Source: Naegleria gruberi (taxonomy: Eukaryota). Taken from it: a stretch of 64,000 bases of DNA. Each line of letters opens with the position of its first letter. The stretch's first letter is position 1. The notes beneath the pieces were generated by a model that saw nothing but the letters and a program-made list of their open reading frames with translations, was not told the origin of the DNA and did not search any database. The stretch lies in the NCBI GenBank assembly GCA_000004985.1, contig GG738889.1; one strand, written 5' to 3'. Below are positions 1 through 11,359 of this stretch, in pieces. A program made the translations under genes and the position numbers.

Positions 1-1426
1 TAAATTATTATTATTATTATTAATAGAATTAATAATACCAGTTAATTGAGAAGGATTAAATTTTTTTTTAATATATTGTTTAAAAATAGGATTTAATTTA
101 ATAATATTATTATTATCATTTAAATCATTTGAATTAAATTGATATTTTTTAATAGTATTATTAGGATTTAAAATAATATTACCAATATTATTTAATATAC
201 CTATACCATTTATAGCATGTATTTGTCTAAGTAAAGTAGATAATGATATTTTTTTAATAATCCAATTAGATCCAATTGTTAAATCTAATAATAAATCTCC
301 TACTCTTTTTTTAGAACTCATTTTTAATATAATTAAATCTCTCATTTTAATTCCTAATTTTTTACTTGATTGAATTTCATTTTCTAATACTTGACAAAAT
401 ATTTCATATTTTCTTCTCATTTCTCCATTTATAGATTCTAATAATCCTATTGCAGGTGGTGATAATGTTGTTATATTATTATTATTATTTAAATTATTAT
501 TATTTAAATTATTATTTAAATTATTATTATTATTATAATTAATATTAAAAAATAAAATATTTGAATCACCTCTCATTTCAATATTACGTAAAGTAACATT
601 AATAAATTCTAAAGAATTATTATCATTAATATTATTTTGTATTTGTGCAATACATTCTTGTAAAATATGTGGTGTAAAAATATCTGAATATTCTGAAAAT
701 GATTTAAATATATTTGGTATTTCTCTTAATCCATTTTTTAATACTTCTTCTTCTTTTTTAGGTAATACTGCTATTTTTAATTTAGTTTTTTCATCATATT
801 TTATATCTGTATTTAATAATATATTATAAAATTTATTATCTTTAATTTTACAAAATCTTTGTAATTCTTCTTTTGTATTAATTAAATTATTTACATTATT
901 TAATTTATCTTCTTGTAATGCTATTTTAAGTAAATCACTTGATTCAGATATAAAATTAATTAAACTTGTTTTACCTGAACTTAATTTAATTGTTGGTTCA
1001 ACTATTTGTGATTGAATTTGAATATTATTTTTATTTTTATTATTATTAATATTATTAGTATTATTAATAATATTATTTGATTGAATAGATGATTGATTAA
1101 TAGATCTAGATGGTCTTTTTAAACTACTGGTAGTTGCTGTAATTGGTTGTTGAATAGTATTATTAGTATTATTATTATTAGATGAAGATATATTATTATT
1201 ATTCATTGAAGATTTAATAGATGAAATTCTAGAAGATGGTTTTTTTAATTGACTTGTTGTAATTGGTGTTTGTTCAATTAATTTCTTTTTTGGTATTGTA
1301 AAATTAATATTATCAGATATATTATTATTATCATTATTATTAGTATTATTAGAAATTGATGATTTAAATGATGATGAAATTGAATTATTATGAACATGTT
1401 CATTACTATTATTAGATTTATCAGTT
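1..1426 (-). CDS. N/S-rich hypothetical protein, internal fragment truncated by window edge and by assembly gap
   Basis: Minus-strand frame (codons ending at plus positions 3k) is open over the whole interval, about 475 codons (...QSQIVEPTIKLSSGKTSLINFI...IGLLESINGEMRRKYEIFCQVLENEIQ...FNPSQLTGIINSINNNNNNL, running off position 1). Coding-like composition; no family recognised. Absent from ORF track because no in-frame start before the gap. Confidence 0.45.
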
Positions 1427-2554
1427 NNNNNNNNNNNNNNNNNNNNNNNNNNNNNNNNNNNNNNNNNNNNNNNNNNNNNNNNNNNNNNNNNNNNNNNNNN
1501 NNNNNNNNNNNNNNNNNNNNNNNNNNNNNNNNNNNNNNNNNNNNNNNNNNNNNNNNNNNNNNNNNNNNNNNNNNNNNNNNNNNNNNNNNNNNNNNNNNNN
1601 NNNNNNNNNNNNNNNNNNNNNNNNNNNNNNNNNNNNNNNNNNNNNNNNNNNNNNNNNNNNNNNNNNNNNNNNNNNNNNNNNNNNNNNNNNNNNNNNNNNN
1701 NNNNNNNNNNNNNNNNNNNNNNNNNNNNNNNNNNNNNNNNNNNNNNNNNNNNNNNNNNNNNNNNNNNNNNNNNNNNNNNNNNNNNNNNNNNNNNNNNNNN
1801 NNNNNNNNNNNNNNNNNNNNNNNNNNNNNNNNNNNNNNNNNNNNNNNNNNNNNNNNNNNNNNNNNNNNNNNNNNNNNNNNNNNNNNNNNNNNNNNNNNNN
1901 NNNNNNNNNNNNNNNNNNNNNNNNNNNNNNNNNNNNNNNNNNNNNNNNNNNNNNNNNNNNNNNNNNNNNNNNNNNNNNNNNNNNNNNNNNNNNNNNNNNN
2001 NNNNNNNNNNNNNNNNNNNNNNNNNNNNNNNNNNNNNNNNNNNNNNNNNNNNNNNNNNNNNNNNNNNNNNNNNNNNNNNNNNNNNNNNNNNNNNNNNNNN
2101 NNNNNNNNNNNNNNNNNNNNNNNNNNNNNNNNNNNNNNNNNNNNNNNNNNNNNNNNNNNNNNNNNNNNNNNNNNNNNNNNNNNNNNNNNNNNNNNNNNNN
2201 NNNNNNNNNNNNNNNNNNNNNNNNNNNNNNNNNNNNNNNNNNNNNNNNNNNNNNNNNNNNNNNNNNNNNNNNNNNNNNNNNNNNNNNNNNNNNNNNNNNN
2301 NNNNNNNNNNNNNNNNNNNNNNNNNNNNNNNNNNNNNNNNNNNNNNNNNNNNNNNNNNNNNNNNNNNNNNNNNNNNNNNNNNNNNNNNNNNNNNNNNNNN
2401 NNNNNNNNNNNNNNNNNNNNNNNNNNNNNNNNNNNNNNNNNNNNNNNNNNNNNNNNNNNNNNNNNNNNNNNNNNNNNNNNNNNNNNNNNNNNNNNNNNNN
2501 NNNNNNNNNNNNNNNNNNNNNNNNNNNNNNNNNNNNNNNNNNNNNNNNNNNNNN
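1427..2554. other. assembly gap (1128 N)
   Basis: Run of N; the two 390/387-aa X-only ORFs in the track are artefacts of it. Confidence 0.99.
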
Positions 2555-2555
2555 T

Positions 2556-3572
2556 ATTATAAATTTACAAAGAAAGAAAATCAAGGGAATTTATAATATT
2601 GGTAAACATACAGCAGAAATTTTACGTGAAGTAATATCAGGAACCAAGAAGGGAGTGATGGTACAAGAAGTGATTGATGATTGTAGATTTATAGGTAAAA
2701 AATTGATGGATGCACAACCAACAATGTTAGTAATTGGAAATGTAACAAGAAGAGTATTATTTATTATTAGAGATGAATTTGGACAATTAATATTAACTAG
2801 AAAGAAATCCACAAATATTGTAACAAGTGGAAATTTATCAAATTTACTTGAAATGAAAAGTAATATTGATTATGATGAACCATTTGAAAGTGGATTAAAA
2901 TTAAGAATAATTGAAGGAGTTAATGAATTAATTGGAGAAATGGAAGGTTTATATAAAGATATTTGTGATTTAGCAACAGAACATATACAATCAAATGAAG
3001 TCATTTTAACAATTGGATTATCACATACTGTTGAATTCTTCCTTTTAGCTGCTGCACAAAAAGGTAAAGAATTTGATGTTATTGTAACTGAAAATGCACC
3101 TTCTTATTCAGGTCATAAAATGGCACTTAAATTAAGTAAGGCTGGTATTAGAACAACTTTAATTTCAGATGCTGCTATTTTTGCAATTATGGATAGAGTT
3201 AATAAGGTTATTGTTGGTACACATGCTGTTATGGCAAATGGTGGTCTTGTTTCTCCAACTGGTACTCATCTTGTTGCTTTAGCTGCAAAAGAAAAATCAA
3301 TTCCTGTTGTTGTTTGTAATGGTTTATACAAATTAACTCCACTCTATCCTTTAGATCAAGATTCTTTCAATGATAGACATTCTCCTTTGGAAATTATCAA
3401 ATTAGAAGATGGTACTCTATTGAGAAATGTTCATGTTGTTAATCCTGCTTTTGATTACGTTCCACCTGAATTGGTCGATTTATTCATTACAAATGTTGGA
3501 AGTCATAGTCCTTCCTATGTTTATGCTCTCTTAGCTCAATATTATGATGTTAGAGATTATGTTTTAGAATAA
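2556..3572 (+). CDS. EIF2B2: translation initiation factor eIF2B beta subunit (5' end lost in gap)
   Basis: Frame is open from the gap edge (IINLQRKKIKGIYNIGKHTAEILREVISGTKKGVMVQEV...) through TAA at 3570-3572. Strong collinear match to eIF2B-beta: VGN.TRRVL.IIR.E, EVI(L)TIG.S.TVE.FL..AA.K.K.F.VIV.E.AP...GH.MA..LSKAGI.TT.I.DAAIFA.M.RVNKVI.GT....ANG.L...TGTH..ALAAK..S.P..VC, and the C-terminal V.VHNPAFDYVPPEL(I/V)(T/D)LFI(S/T)N(I/V)G...PSY(I/V)Y.L pattern. Confidence 0.85.
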   Translation: MINLQRKKIKGIYNIGKHTAEILREVISGTKKGVMVQEVIDDCRFIGKKLMDAQPTMLVIGNVTRRVLFIIRDEFGQLILTRKKSTNIVTSGNLSNLLEMKSNIDYDEPFESGLKLRIIEGVNELIGEMEGLYKDICDLATEHIQSNEVILTIGLSHTVEFFLLAAAQKGKEFDVIVTENAPSYSGHKMALKLSKAGIRTTLISDAAIFAIMDRVNKVIVGTHAVMANGGLVSPTGTHLVALAAKEKSIPVVVCNGLYKLTPLYPLDQDSFNDRHSPLEIIKLEDGTLLRNVHVVNPAFDYVPPELVDLFITNVGSHSPSYVYALLAQYYDVRDYVLE

Positions 3573-3726
3573 ATTCTTAATATTCTATTATTATTAAAAA
3601 AGATAGAACATTTATTTGTTGTTGTTTTTAAAAAAGAAACAATATACTATGACATTACATTATAATATTGGTATTAGTATTAAAAAAACATGTGTGTCTG
3701 TGTGTAAAATTGTGTGTAAATCAGAA

Positions 3727-5556
3727 TTAAATAAGTAAAGTAACAAAATCAGATGAAAAATCAATGATTGGACATGTTTTTTCAAAAGTTAAAGAAGTCA
3801 TAAAAGCATCAGATGCTTCTTCATCATCATTAAAATGTTCAGATAAAACTTTACCCAAATGATACCAAGCCAAATGATTTGTTGGATTGATACGTACAGC
3901 ATTTTGTAAATAATTTCTTGAAAGTGTTGTTTGTTTTTCATGTTTGTAAAAAATAATACCCAATCTTAAATAGGCAATTTCACAATCAGGATCATTAATT
4001 AAAGCAGCTTCATATTCAATAATTGCATCTTTAATTTTACCAGAATCTTCAAATATTCTACCTTCACATGAATGAATTAAAGCATTTGTTTTTTTAAGTA
4101 AATTAATTAATTCTTGTTGTATTTCATCTTTTTGTATTCTACCATTATTTAATAATAAATCAATTATAGTCATATAATCACGTGATGTTTTTTGAATTGG
4201 TTCAATTGATCCAATTAATTGTTGTTGTTGTTGTCTTTTTAGGTTGTGAAGCAGATGAAATTGGTTGAGTATTATTTGGTAAAAGTGTTGAAACTTTTGA
4301 TGATTCAATTTCTTCAATTTCTTCAACTAATTGAATCATTAAATCTTTAGCTTTAGACATGTTAAATGTTGCATCATCAAGTAATTTCTTTCTTCTCAAT
4401 GCTTCACTTATAAATATATAATAATTTATAATATCAATCTTTTTTTGTCTATATTCTACTATGGATATTAATTTTTTATTTTGGATTTTGATTATTATTT
4501 AATAATAAATTATTAGTATTATTAGAAGTAGTATTAGTAGTAGTATTATTTAAATTATTTAAATTAAAATCCAATCTAGTAGTATAATTATCTAAATATT
4601 TAAATAATTCATCTGATAATTTAGAATAAGTTCTAACAGATTTATTAGAATCTAATGATGCTGATGATAATATATTATTATTAATATTAATATTACTATT
4701 AATATTAATATTATCAGATTGTTCAGATGATTGTAAAGAAATATTAAAATTAAAAGATTCTAATAATTCTTCCATACGTGCATATAATAATTTTAATTTT
4801 AAATCATTTGGATATTGTTCTAAAATAATTTTAATAATTTTAAAAGATTGTAAATAATTTTGTTTTTCACTTGATGTAAATAATAATGCTAATAAAATCC
4901 ATGATTGTTTTTCATCTTGATTTAATGAAATTGATTTTTTAATATATAAAAATGATTCTTTTAATTCTCTCATTTCACTATAAATTAATGATAAATGATA
5001 ATTTAATTTATAATCATTTGAATCATATTCATTTACTTTTAATAGAATTTTAATTGATAAATTTAATANATTATTCTTTTCTGTCATGGNNNNNNNNNNN
5101 NNNNNNNNNNNNNNNNNNNNNNNNNNNNNNNNNNNNNNNAAATACTTGACCATTTAATAAATCAATATTATTTATATTCATAATTACATCTAAATCTTTA
5201 TAACTATTTAAAATAACATCTAAATTAGTTAAATTATTATTTAAAATTATATTAAAATATTCTCCTACTATATTTGTATTCTTATTTTCTATTAATTTTA
5301 ATATTTTACTATTTAAATCTTGTAATATTGTTAAATCACTTGTCATTTGATAATATTGTATTTTAGATTCTACATGTAAACAATCACTTAAATTTTTACA
5401 TCCTAATTCTTGTGCTTTTTTAGAACATTGTTCTAATTCGGATGATTGTTTATAATCATTTTGTGATCTTGCCAATGTTAATTCACGTATTATAACTTGT
5501 GATTGTAATTGTACAAGCTTTTTAGACATTTTTTTTTTATTGTTATTGTTGTTCAT
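3727..5556 (-). CDS. TTC7: TTC7-like tetratricopeptide-repeat protein (PI4K-complex scaffold family); contains a 60-N gap and two frame disruptions
   Basis: N-terminus MNNNNNKKKMSKKLVQLQSQVIIRELTLARSQ... (ATG 5556). Middle block ILLALLFTSSEKQNYLQSFKIIKIILEQYPNDLKLKLLYARME matches the TTC7 helical core. C-terminal block ALINDPDCEIAYLRLGIIFYK...NHLAWYHLGKVLSEHF...PIIDFS matches the TTC7 C-terminal TPRs and tail (..AW.GLGEVL......EA.DCF.TALELE...P..PFS). In-frame TAA at 4476 and a +1 shift near 4200-4330 (in a QQQQ/ACAACA run) suggest unresolved short introns or indel errors. The missing middle (NLQKDLHLQ...LLSKY) is only present in the duplicate copy at 7446-7750. Confidence 0.6.
5090..5149. 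other. assembly gap (60 N) inside TTC7-like gene
   Basis: Run of N. Confidence 0.99.
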
Positions 5557-7385
5557 CCGTTGGGCGCTTCTATTATATGATGATGACACCAACAACAATA
5601 ACAATAAAATTTTATTAGCCTATGGACCAAGATTCACAGGAGAAGGCTTTGGATGACGAAAAGAGAAATAGAATGCGTGAAGAACAAATGTTTGCAAACA
5701 GTGTGGAAAGGCCAGGCTTCAAAATAAGAATATTGGAGCAAAAGTAATCTTCATCATGCTAACAAAGAAAATGATTAAATCACATCTGACGTCATTTTCA
5801 TCATCAAATGCTCCTATTAATTAATTGTTAATAGCAATAATATCTTAATATTCAAAAGTTTTATTTAGATCCATTATTATCATCATCTCCATCATTAAAT
5901 AATAATTCAAAAAAATAATAATTTAAATAATTGTGGATTAATAATTGAAAATATATGTTCATCTAATTTATTAATTTAACCTATAAACAAGTCAATTAAT
6001 TGGTTGACTACTCTTAAAAGTAAACTATTCCTATATCTTTTACAATTCTCTTCAGCAATAGATTATTCTTGTTGGCTTGTTTAAAAATCTCATAAAAATC
6101 ATGACAAGAAATTGCAAAATTGAAAAGAGTTTTCACATTTCCAATAAACTCTAAAATACAATAAATCATGTCATGACTATTTACAAGTGGACTTAAATTG
6201 ATGAATGGACTTTCAGTATGATCAATAATTGAATCAATAGAATACAACATTTTCCTAAAGGCATCCAATAAATTATCATCCCATTCAATATTACAAGTTT
6301 CTCTCTTAATAATTTCAATGAGATGTTGTTTTCTATCCTCCTCTTTATCATCCTCAGAGGAATATTTAGTCTTTTTAGAAGGTGGATATGATAACTCATT
6401 ATCATTCTCATTCTCATTATTATCATTCTCATCATTACTCAAATAATCCTTGTAATGTTCTCCCAATACATTAACTAAAACTCTATCATTCACATAACAA
6501 TCAAATTCACACAATTCCAAATATCTTGTCAAGTAAATTGGATGAACATTATTCATTAGTGAATTAATTTGTTCAAAGGGTCTAACATTCTGATACTCTG
6601 CAAAACATGCATCATTAAATTGTATTGTTCGTTTTTCTCCTGAAAACATTAAAATTTTAGTTTTATCACTCAGAGTAAATAAAACTAAATGATCATCAAA
6701 TTCGGAAATGGGAAATCCCCTCATAGCATAAAAAGGTTGTTTATATGAAACGTGAGGAAGAGAGCAAACTAATTCTTCCAAATTTAAATTGTTAATAGAG
6801 GAAATTTCAATATTAGAAAGAGCTTTTTCTAGCATGGAAAAATTGATAATGTAAAAATTGTGCATGATCACCATACGTGTTCTGGCCATTTTTTTTTTTA
6901 ATTCGTAATGTTAATTCCTTTCTTTACTGGAACTAAATAGTATTCTATTTGAATGTTGAAATGGTTTATAATATTACAATGCAAATTGGTATAAACCTAT
7001 TGATTCATTTCTTAATATCAATGACCTTATGTTATTTCATTAGATGAAACTGTCAATGTCCTTAATTCTTAATAAGTAAACTATCAAAAGGAAAGATTTA
7101 CCTTTCCACTCTTACAATGAAACTGTAGAAATACTGTTTCTCCATTGGGTTGATTGGCATAATGAGGATGATTAAGTTTCGATTGAAATATGACAAGATT
7201 TTTTAATATACCCTATTACAATGGATTTAATGAAGAAATCATTAAACGGTAACAAATAAGATTTTAAAAAGATATTCCAACAAGATATTTAGAATAGATA
7301 TTTATCATTCAATAATAATTTATAAATCATCTCATTTTCTCCACTAATATTATTGAATATTATAGTGTTTTAAGAGTNGGTGTAT
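5150..7385. repeat. segmental duplication, copy 1 (TTC7 5' part + upstream region + hypothetical gene + about 500 bp downstream)
   Basis: Near-identical to 7742-10018 with scattered substitutions and several indels (e.g. 45-bp indel at 5650-5700 vs 8250-8270); bounded by N gaps on both sides. Confidence 0.8.
6014..6889 (-). CDS. hypothetical protein (duplicate copy 1), 291 aa
   Basis: Uninterrupted ORF MARTRMVIMHNFYIINFSMLEKALSNIE...; the paralogous copy at 8605-9495 conserves the frame through indels (DKTK vs DDDKTK, PPSKK vs PPPPSKK), arguing that the frame is real. No family recognised. Confidence 0.55.
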   Translation of the reverse strand: MARTRMVIMHNFYIINFSMLEKALSNIEISSINNLNLEELVCSLPHVSYKQPFYAMRGFPISEFDDHLVLFTLSDKTKILMFSGEKRTIQFNDACFAEYQNVRPFEQINSLMNNVHPIYLTRYLELCEFDCYVNDRVLVNVLGEHYKDYLSNDENDNNENENDNELSYPPSKKTKYSSEDDKEEDRKQHLIEIIKRETCNIEWDDNLLDAFRKMLYSIDSIIDHTESPFINLSPLVNSHDMIYCILEFIGNVKTLFNFAISCHDFYEIFKQANKNNLLLKRIVKDIGIVYF

Positions 7386-7445
7386 GGAGTAATAANNNNN
7401 NNNNNNNNNNNNNNNNNNNNNNNNNNNNNNNNNNNNNNNNNNNNN
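7386..7445. other. assembly gap (60 N)
   Basis: Run of N. Confidence 0.99.
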
Positions 7446-8158
7446 TAATATTTAGATAATAATTGTAAAATATTAATTTTAATAATAGGTTGTAATAAAT
7501 TTTTTAATTGAATTAATTTTAAAATTAAATTAATTCCTTGATCAATATTATTTTTTAATAAAATTTCAATTTGATTAAAAATTTCTAATTGAATTTTATA
7601 ATTATTAAAACTATCAATTTTATCAATAATATTTGAATATTTAATTAAATGATCAATTAAAATATTACTTTTTTTAATAGATAAACATTTAAAATAAATG
7701 AATATATATGGTAATTGTAAATGTAAATCTTTTTGTAAATTAAATACTTGACCATTTAATAAATCAATATTATTTATATTCATAATTACATCTAAATCTT
7801 TATAACTATTTAAAATAACATCTAAATTAGTTAAATTATTATTTAAAATTATATTAAAATATTCTCCTACTATATTTGTATTCTTATTTTCTATTAATTT
7901 TAATATTTTACTATTTAAATCTTGTAATATTGTTAAATCACTTGTCATTTGATAATATTGTATTTTAGATTCTACATGTAAACAATCACTTAAATTTTTA
8001 CATCCTAATTCTTGTGCTTTTTTAGAACATTGTTCTAATTCGGATGATTGTTTATAATCATTTTGTGATCTTGCCAATGTTAATTCACGTATTATAACTT
8101 GTGATTGTAATTGAACAAGCTTTTTAGACATTTTTTTTTTATTGTTATTGTTGTTCAT
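7446..8158 (-). CDS. duplicated 5' portion of TTC7-like gene (copy 2; truncated at gap; either a gene fragment/pseudogene or the true continuation mis-placed by assembly)
   Basis: Same N-terminus as 5160-5556 (MNNNNNKKKMSKKLVQ...) and extends further (…NGQVFNLQKDLHLQLPYIFIYFKCLSIKKSNILIDHL...LLSKY) up to the gap. Confidence 0.4.
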
Positions 8159-10018
8159 CCGTTGGGCGCTTCTATTATATGATGATGGTGATGACACCAA
8201 CAACAATAACAATAAAATTTTATTAGCCTATGGACCAAGATTCACAGGAGAAGGCTTTGGATGACGAAAGAAGAGGAAAGGCCAGGCTTCAAGATGAGCA
8301 AAAGTAATCTTCATCATGAGCTGCTAACAAAAGAAAATATTAAATCACATCTGACGTCATTTTCATCAATGCTCCTATTAATTAATTAATTGTTAATAGC
8401 AATAATATTGTTGAAGATATTCTTTTACATGAAAATTAATATTCAAAAGTTTTATTTAGATCCATTATTATCATCATCTCCATCATTAAATAATAATTCA
8501 AAAAAATAATAATTTAAATAATTGTGGATTAATAATTGAAAATATATGTTCATCTAATTTATTAATTTAACATATAAACAAGTCAATTAATTGGTTGACT
8601 ACTCTTAAAAGTAAACTATACCTATATCTTTTACAATTCTCTTCAGCAATAGATTATTCTTGTTGGCTTGTTTAAAAATCTCATAAAAATCATGACAAGA
8701 AATTGCAAAATTGAAAAGAGTTTTCACATTTCCAATAAACTCTAAAATACAATAAATCATGTCATGACTATTTACAAGTGGACTTAAATTGATGAATGGA
8801 CTTTCAGTATGATCAATAATTGAATCAATAGAATACAACATTTTCCTAAAGGCATCCAATAAATTATCATCCCATTCAATATTACAAGTTTCTCTCTTAA
8901 TAATTTCAATGAGATGTTGTTTTCTATCCTCCTCTTCATCATCCTCAGAGGAATATTTAGTCTTTTTAGAAGGTGGTGGTGGATATGATAACTCATTATC
9001 ATTCTCATTTTCATTATTACTATCATTCTCATCATTACTCAAATAATCCTTGTAATGTTCTCCCAATACATTAACTAAAACTCTATCATTCACATAACAA
9101 TCAAATTCACACAATTCCAAATATCTTGTCAAGTAAATTGGATGAACATTATTCATTAGTGAATTAATTTGTTCAAAGGGTCTAACATTCTGATACTCTG
9201 CAAAACATGCATCATTAAATTGTATTGTTCGTTTTTCTCCTGAAAACATTAAAATTTTAGTTTTATCATCATCACTCAGAGTAAATAAAACTAAATGATC
9301 ATCAAAATCGGAAATGGGAAATCCCCTCATAGCATAAAAAGGTTGTTTATATGAAACGTGAGGAAGAGAGCAAACTAATTCTTCCAAATTTAAATTGTTA
9401 ATAGAGGAAATTTCAATATTAGAAAGAGCTTTTTCTAGCATGGAAAAATTGATAATGTAAAAATTGTGCATGATTACCATACGTGTTCTGGCCATTTTTT
9501 TTTAATTCGTAATGTTAATTCCTTTCTTTACTGGAACTGAATAGTATTCTTTTTGAATGTTGAAATGGTTTATAATATTACATTGTGAATTGGTTATAGA
9601 ATGTAATAACCCATTGATTTACATTTCTTAATATCATTGACTATTTATTATTTCATTAGATGAAACTGTCAATGTCCTTAATTCTTAATAAGCAAACTAT
9701 CAAAGGAAAGATTTACCTTTCCACTCTTACAATGAAACTGTAGAAATACTGTTTCTCCATTGGGTTGATTGGCATAATGAGGATGATTAAGTTCGATTGA
9801 AATATGACAAGATTCTTTAATATACCCTATTACAACGAATTTAATGAAGAAATCATTAAACGGTAACAAATAAGATTTTAAAAAGATATTCCAACAAGAT
9901 ATTTAGAATAGATATTTATTATTCAATACTAATTTATAAATCATCTCATTTCCTCCACTAGTATTATTGTATATATTATTGAATATTATTGTGTTTTAAG
10001 AGTGGTGTATGGAGTAAT
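7742..10018. repeat. segmental duplication, copy 2
   Basis: See copy 1. 7360-7385 (left of the gap) matches 9993-10018, so the unit end is defined. Confidence 0.8.
8605..9495 (-). CDS. hypothetical protein (duplicate copy 2), 296 aa
   Basis: Paralogue of 6014-6889; differs by 3 in-frame indels and 2 substitutions. Confidence 0.55.
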   Translation of the reverse strand: MARTRMVIMHNFYIINFSMLEKALSNIEISSINNLNLEELVCSLPHVSYKQPFYAMRGFPISDFDDHLVLFTLSDDDKTKILMFSGEKRTIQFNDACFAEYQNVRPFEQINSLMNNVHPIYLTRYLELCEFDCYVNDRVLVNVLGEHYKDYLSNDENDSNNENENDNELSYPPPPSKKTKYSSEDDEEEDRKQHLIEIIKRETCNIEWDDNLLDAFRKMLYSIDSIIDHTESPFINLSPLVNSHDMIYCILEFIGNVKTLFNFAISCHDFYEIFKQANKNNLLLKRIVKDIGIVYF

Positions 10019-10062
10019 AAAAACCTTATTTCCCATTTCTCCACATTACTCAGCTGAAATGG

Positions 10063-10071
10063 TTTGGCGCC
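10063..10071. promoter_or_regulatory. E2F-consensus half site TTTGGCGCC in 5' region of gene 10105
   Basis: GC-rich 9-mer in AT-rich context; member of the recurring TTTGGCGCCAAA family (see findings). Confidence 0.3.
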
Positions 10072-10104
10072 TTTCTGCTTTCGTGCATTTTTTGTAAAAA
10101 TAAC

Positions 10105-10836
10105 TTGGAGAGATGTTGTTTAAGAGTCAATAAAGACGATCAAAGCCTAAAAAAAAAAGTGACCACTCTCAACAATAGCATCCAGCACAGATACCTTATA
10201 CTATCATCATTGTTAATAATATTGATTGTTGATTTTGTGTTTATATCACTTTGTTTGTGGATGTTTATTCGTTCCTTTAATGAAACAGTTCACTACGGTG
10301 AAATGGTACAATTATTGAATATGAGAACGAAGGCTGTTGTAGAACAACGTGATTATCATTGTCAACATTCAAGTTATAGACAGGGTGGTGATGTATATTG
10401 TTCATCTTTAATAAGATTATTTAATTCCGAACCTTTTAATATACCAGATTCTTATTTTGGTAATTTGAATATTTTAAATCAAACTATATTAAGAAATACT
10501 AATGATTATCAATTATTAGAAAAAATACCAAATAATGGTGAATTTATTCATGTTTATATTCATGTCAATACAACTCCATTAACTTCACCTTTTATTTCAT
10601 TTTCAATTTATGAAAATTTAAAAGAATTACAAAATTTAAATGTTACTTCACCTGCCTTTTTAGGAGGATCTGTTGGTATTCTATGTATTGCAATTGCCAT
10701 AACTTTTTTAATTATTGCTATAATTATTGGATGGAGAATTAAATTAAAACAATTAAGAGATTTTCATTTAATTGATATTTTATTAATTAATTCAAATGGA
10801 ATACAAGTTAAAAAAGATGGTTCAATTAATGTTTAA
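10105..10836 (+). CDS. hypothetical membrane protein (two predicted TM helices); start codon unresolved
   Basis: ORF open from 10021; first ATG in frame only at 10261 (MFIRSF...), yet the upstream in-frame segment encodes a TM helix (YLILSSLLIILIVDFVFISLCLW), so a spliced 5' exon is likely. C-terminal TM GILCIAIAITFLIIAIIIGW. Confidence 0.3.
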   Translation: MERCCLRVNKDDQSLKKKVTTLNNSIQHRYLILSSLLIILIVDFVFISLCLWMFIRSFNETVHYGEMVQLLNMRTKAVVEQRDYHCQHSSYRQGGDVYCSSLIRLFNSEPFNIPDSYFGNLNILNQTILRNTNDYQLLEKIPNNGEFIHVYIHVNTTPLTSPFISFSIYENLKELQNLNVTSPAFLGGSVGILCIAIAITFLIIAIIIGWRIKLKQLRDFHLIDILLINSNGIQVKKDGSINV

Positions 10837-11359
10837 TTTTTATGCCCTATTATGTAGTTTATATTATTTATTATTATTTATTATTTATTTTACTATTTAT
10901 TTACTATTTATTTTTCTATTTTTTATATTTATTATTTATATTTAAATTTCAAATTGATAAAGTAATAATTGCAAGTCAATATTCCAATTTGAAATTAAAA
11001 AACAAACACACATAACATCAAATAAAATATTTTCAAGTTTTACTTCTCACTATCTAGATATCAATATTATGAACATTATCAATTCACAACCAAACTCCAC
11101 TGTGACCATCACAAATGAAGATTACAAAATGGTGGTGAAACGCCACAAAATCTTGAAGGAGTTTTTTCATCCAATCAAATTTTATCACAGATACAATCGC
11201 GTTTCTCTCTGTTTTTAAAAAAATCTCCAACAACAACAACACATCACCACCACAATTATTGTCGTTGCGCTATAAAGTTCATCATCTCATTATCATCATT
11301 GAATTCATCATCACACCAGTCAAAATATTTTCATCACTATCCAATATATTAGAAAAGAG

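Noticed and set aside
960-1000. Possible Walker A (GKT) motif in SSGKTSL of the first partial CDS
   Set aside because: No Gly at position -5/-6 (GxxxxGK[ST] not satisfied); looks like chance in an S-rich region
1390-2584. Two roughly 390-codon ORFs (plus and minus) made almost entirely of X
   Set aside because: They are translations of the 1128-N assembly gap, not sequence
6193-6435. 80/83-aa M/R/I-rich ORFs (also 8784..9035)
   Set aside because: Alternative frame inside the duplicated hypothetical gene over its acidic DENDNNENE tract
9678-9869. 63-aa ORF in the duplicated downstream segment (and small ORFs 43139..43351, 49295..49480, 50386..50589, 51000..51182)
   Set aside because: Short, no homology, AT-rich; 51000..51182 is a frame of the actin pseudogene
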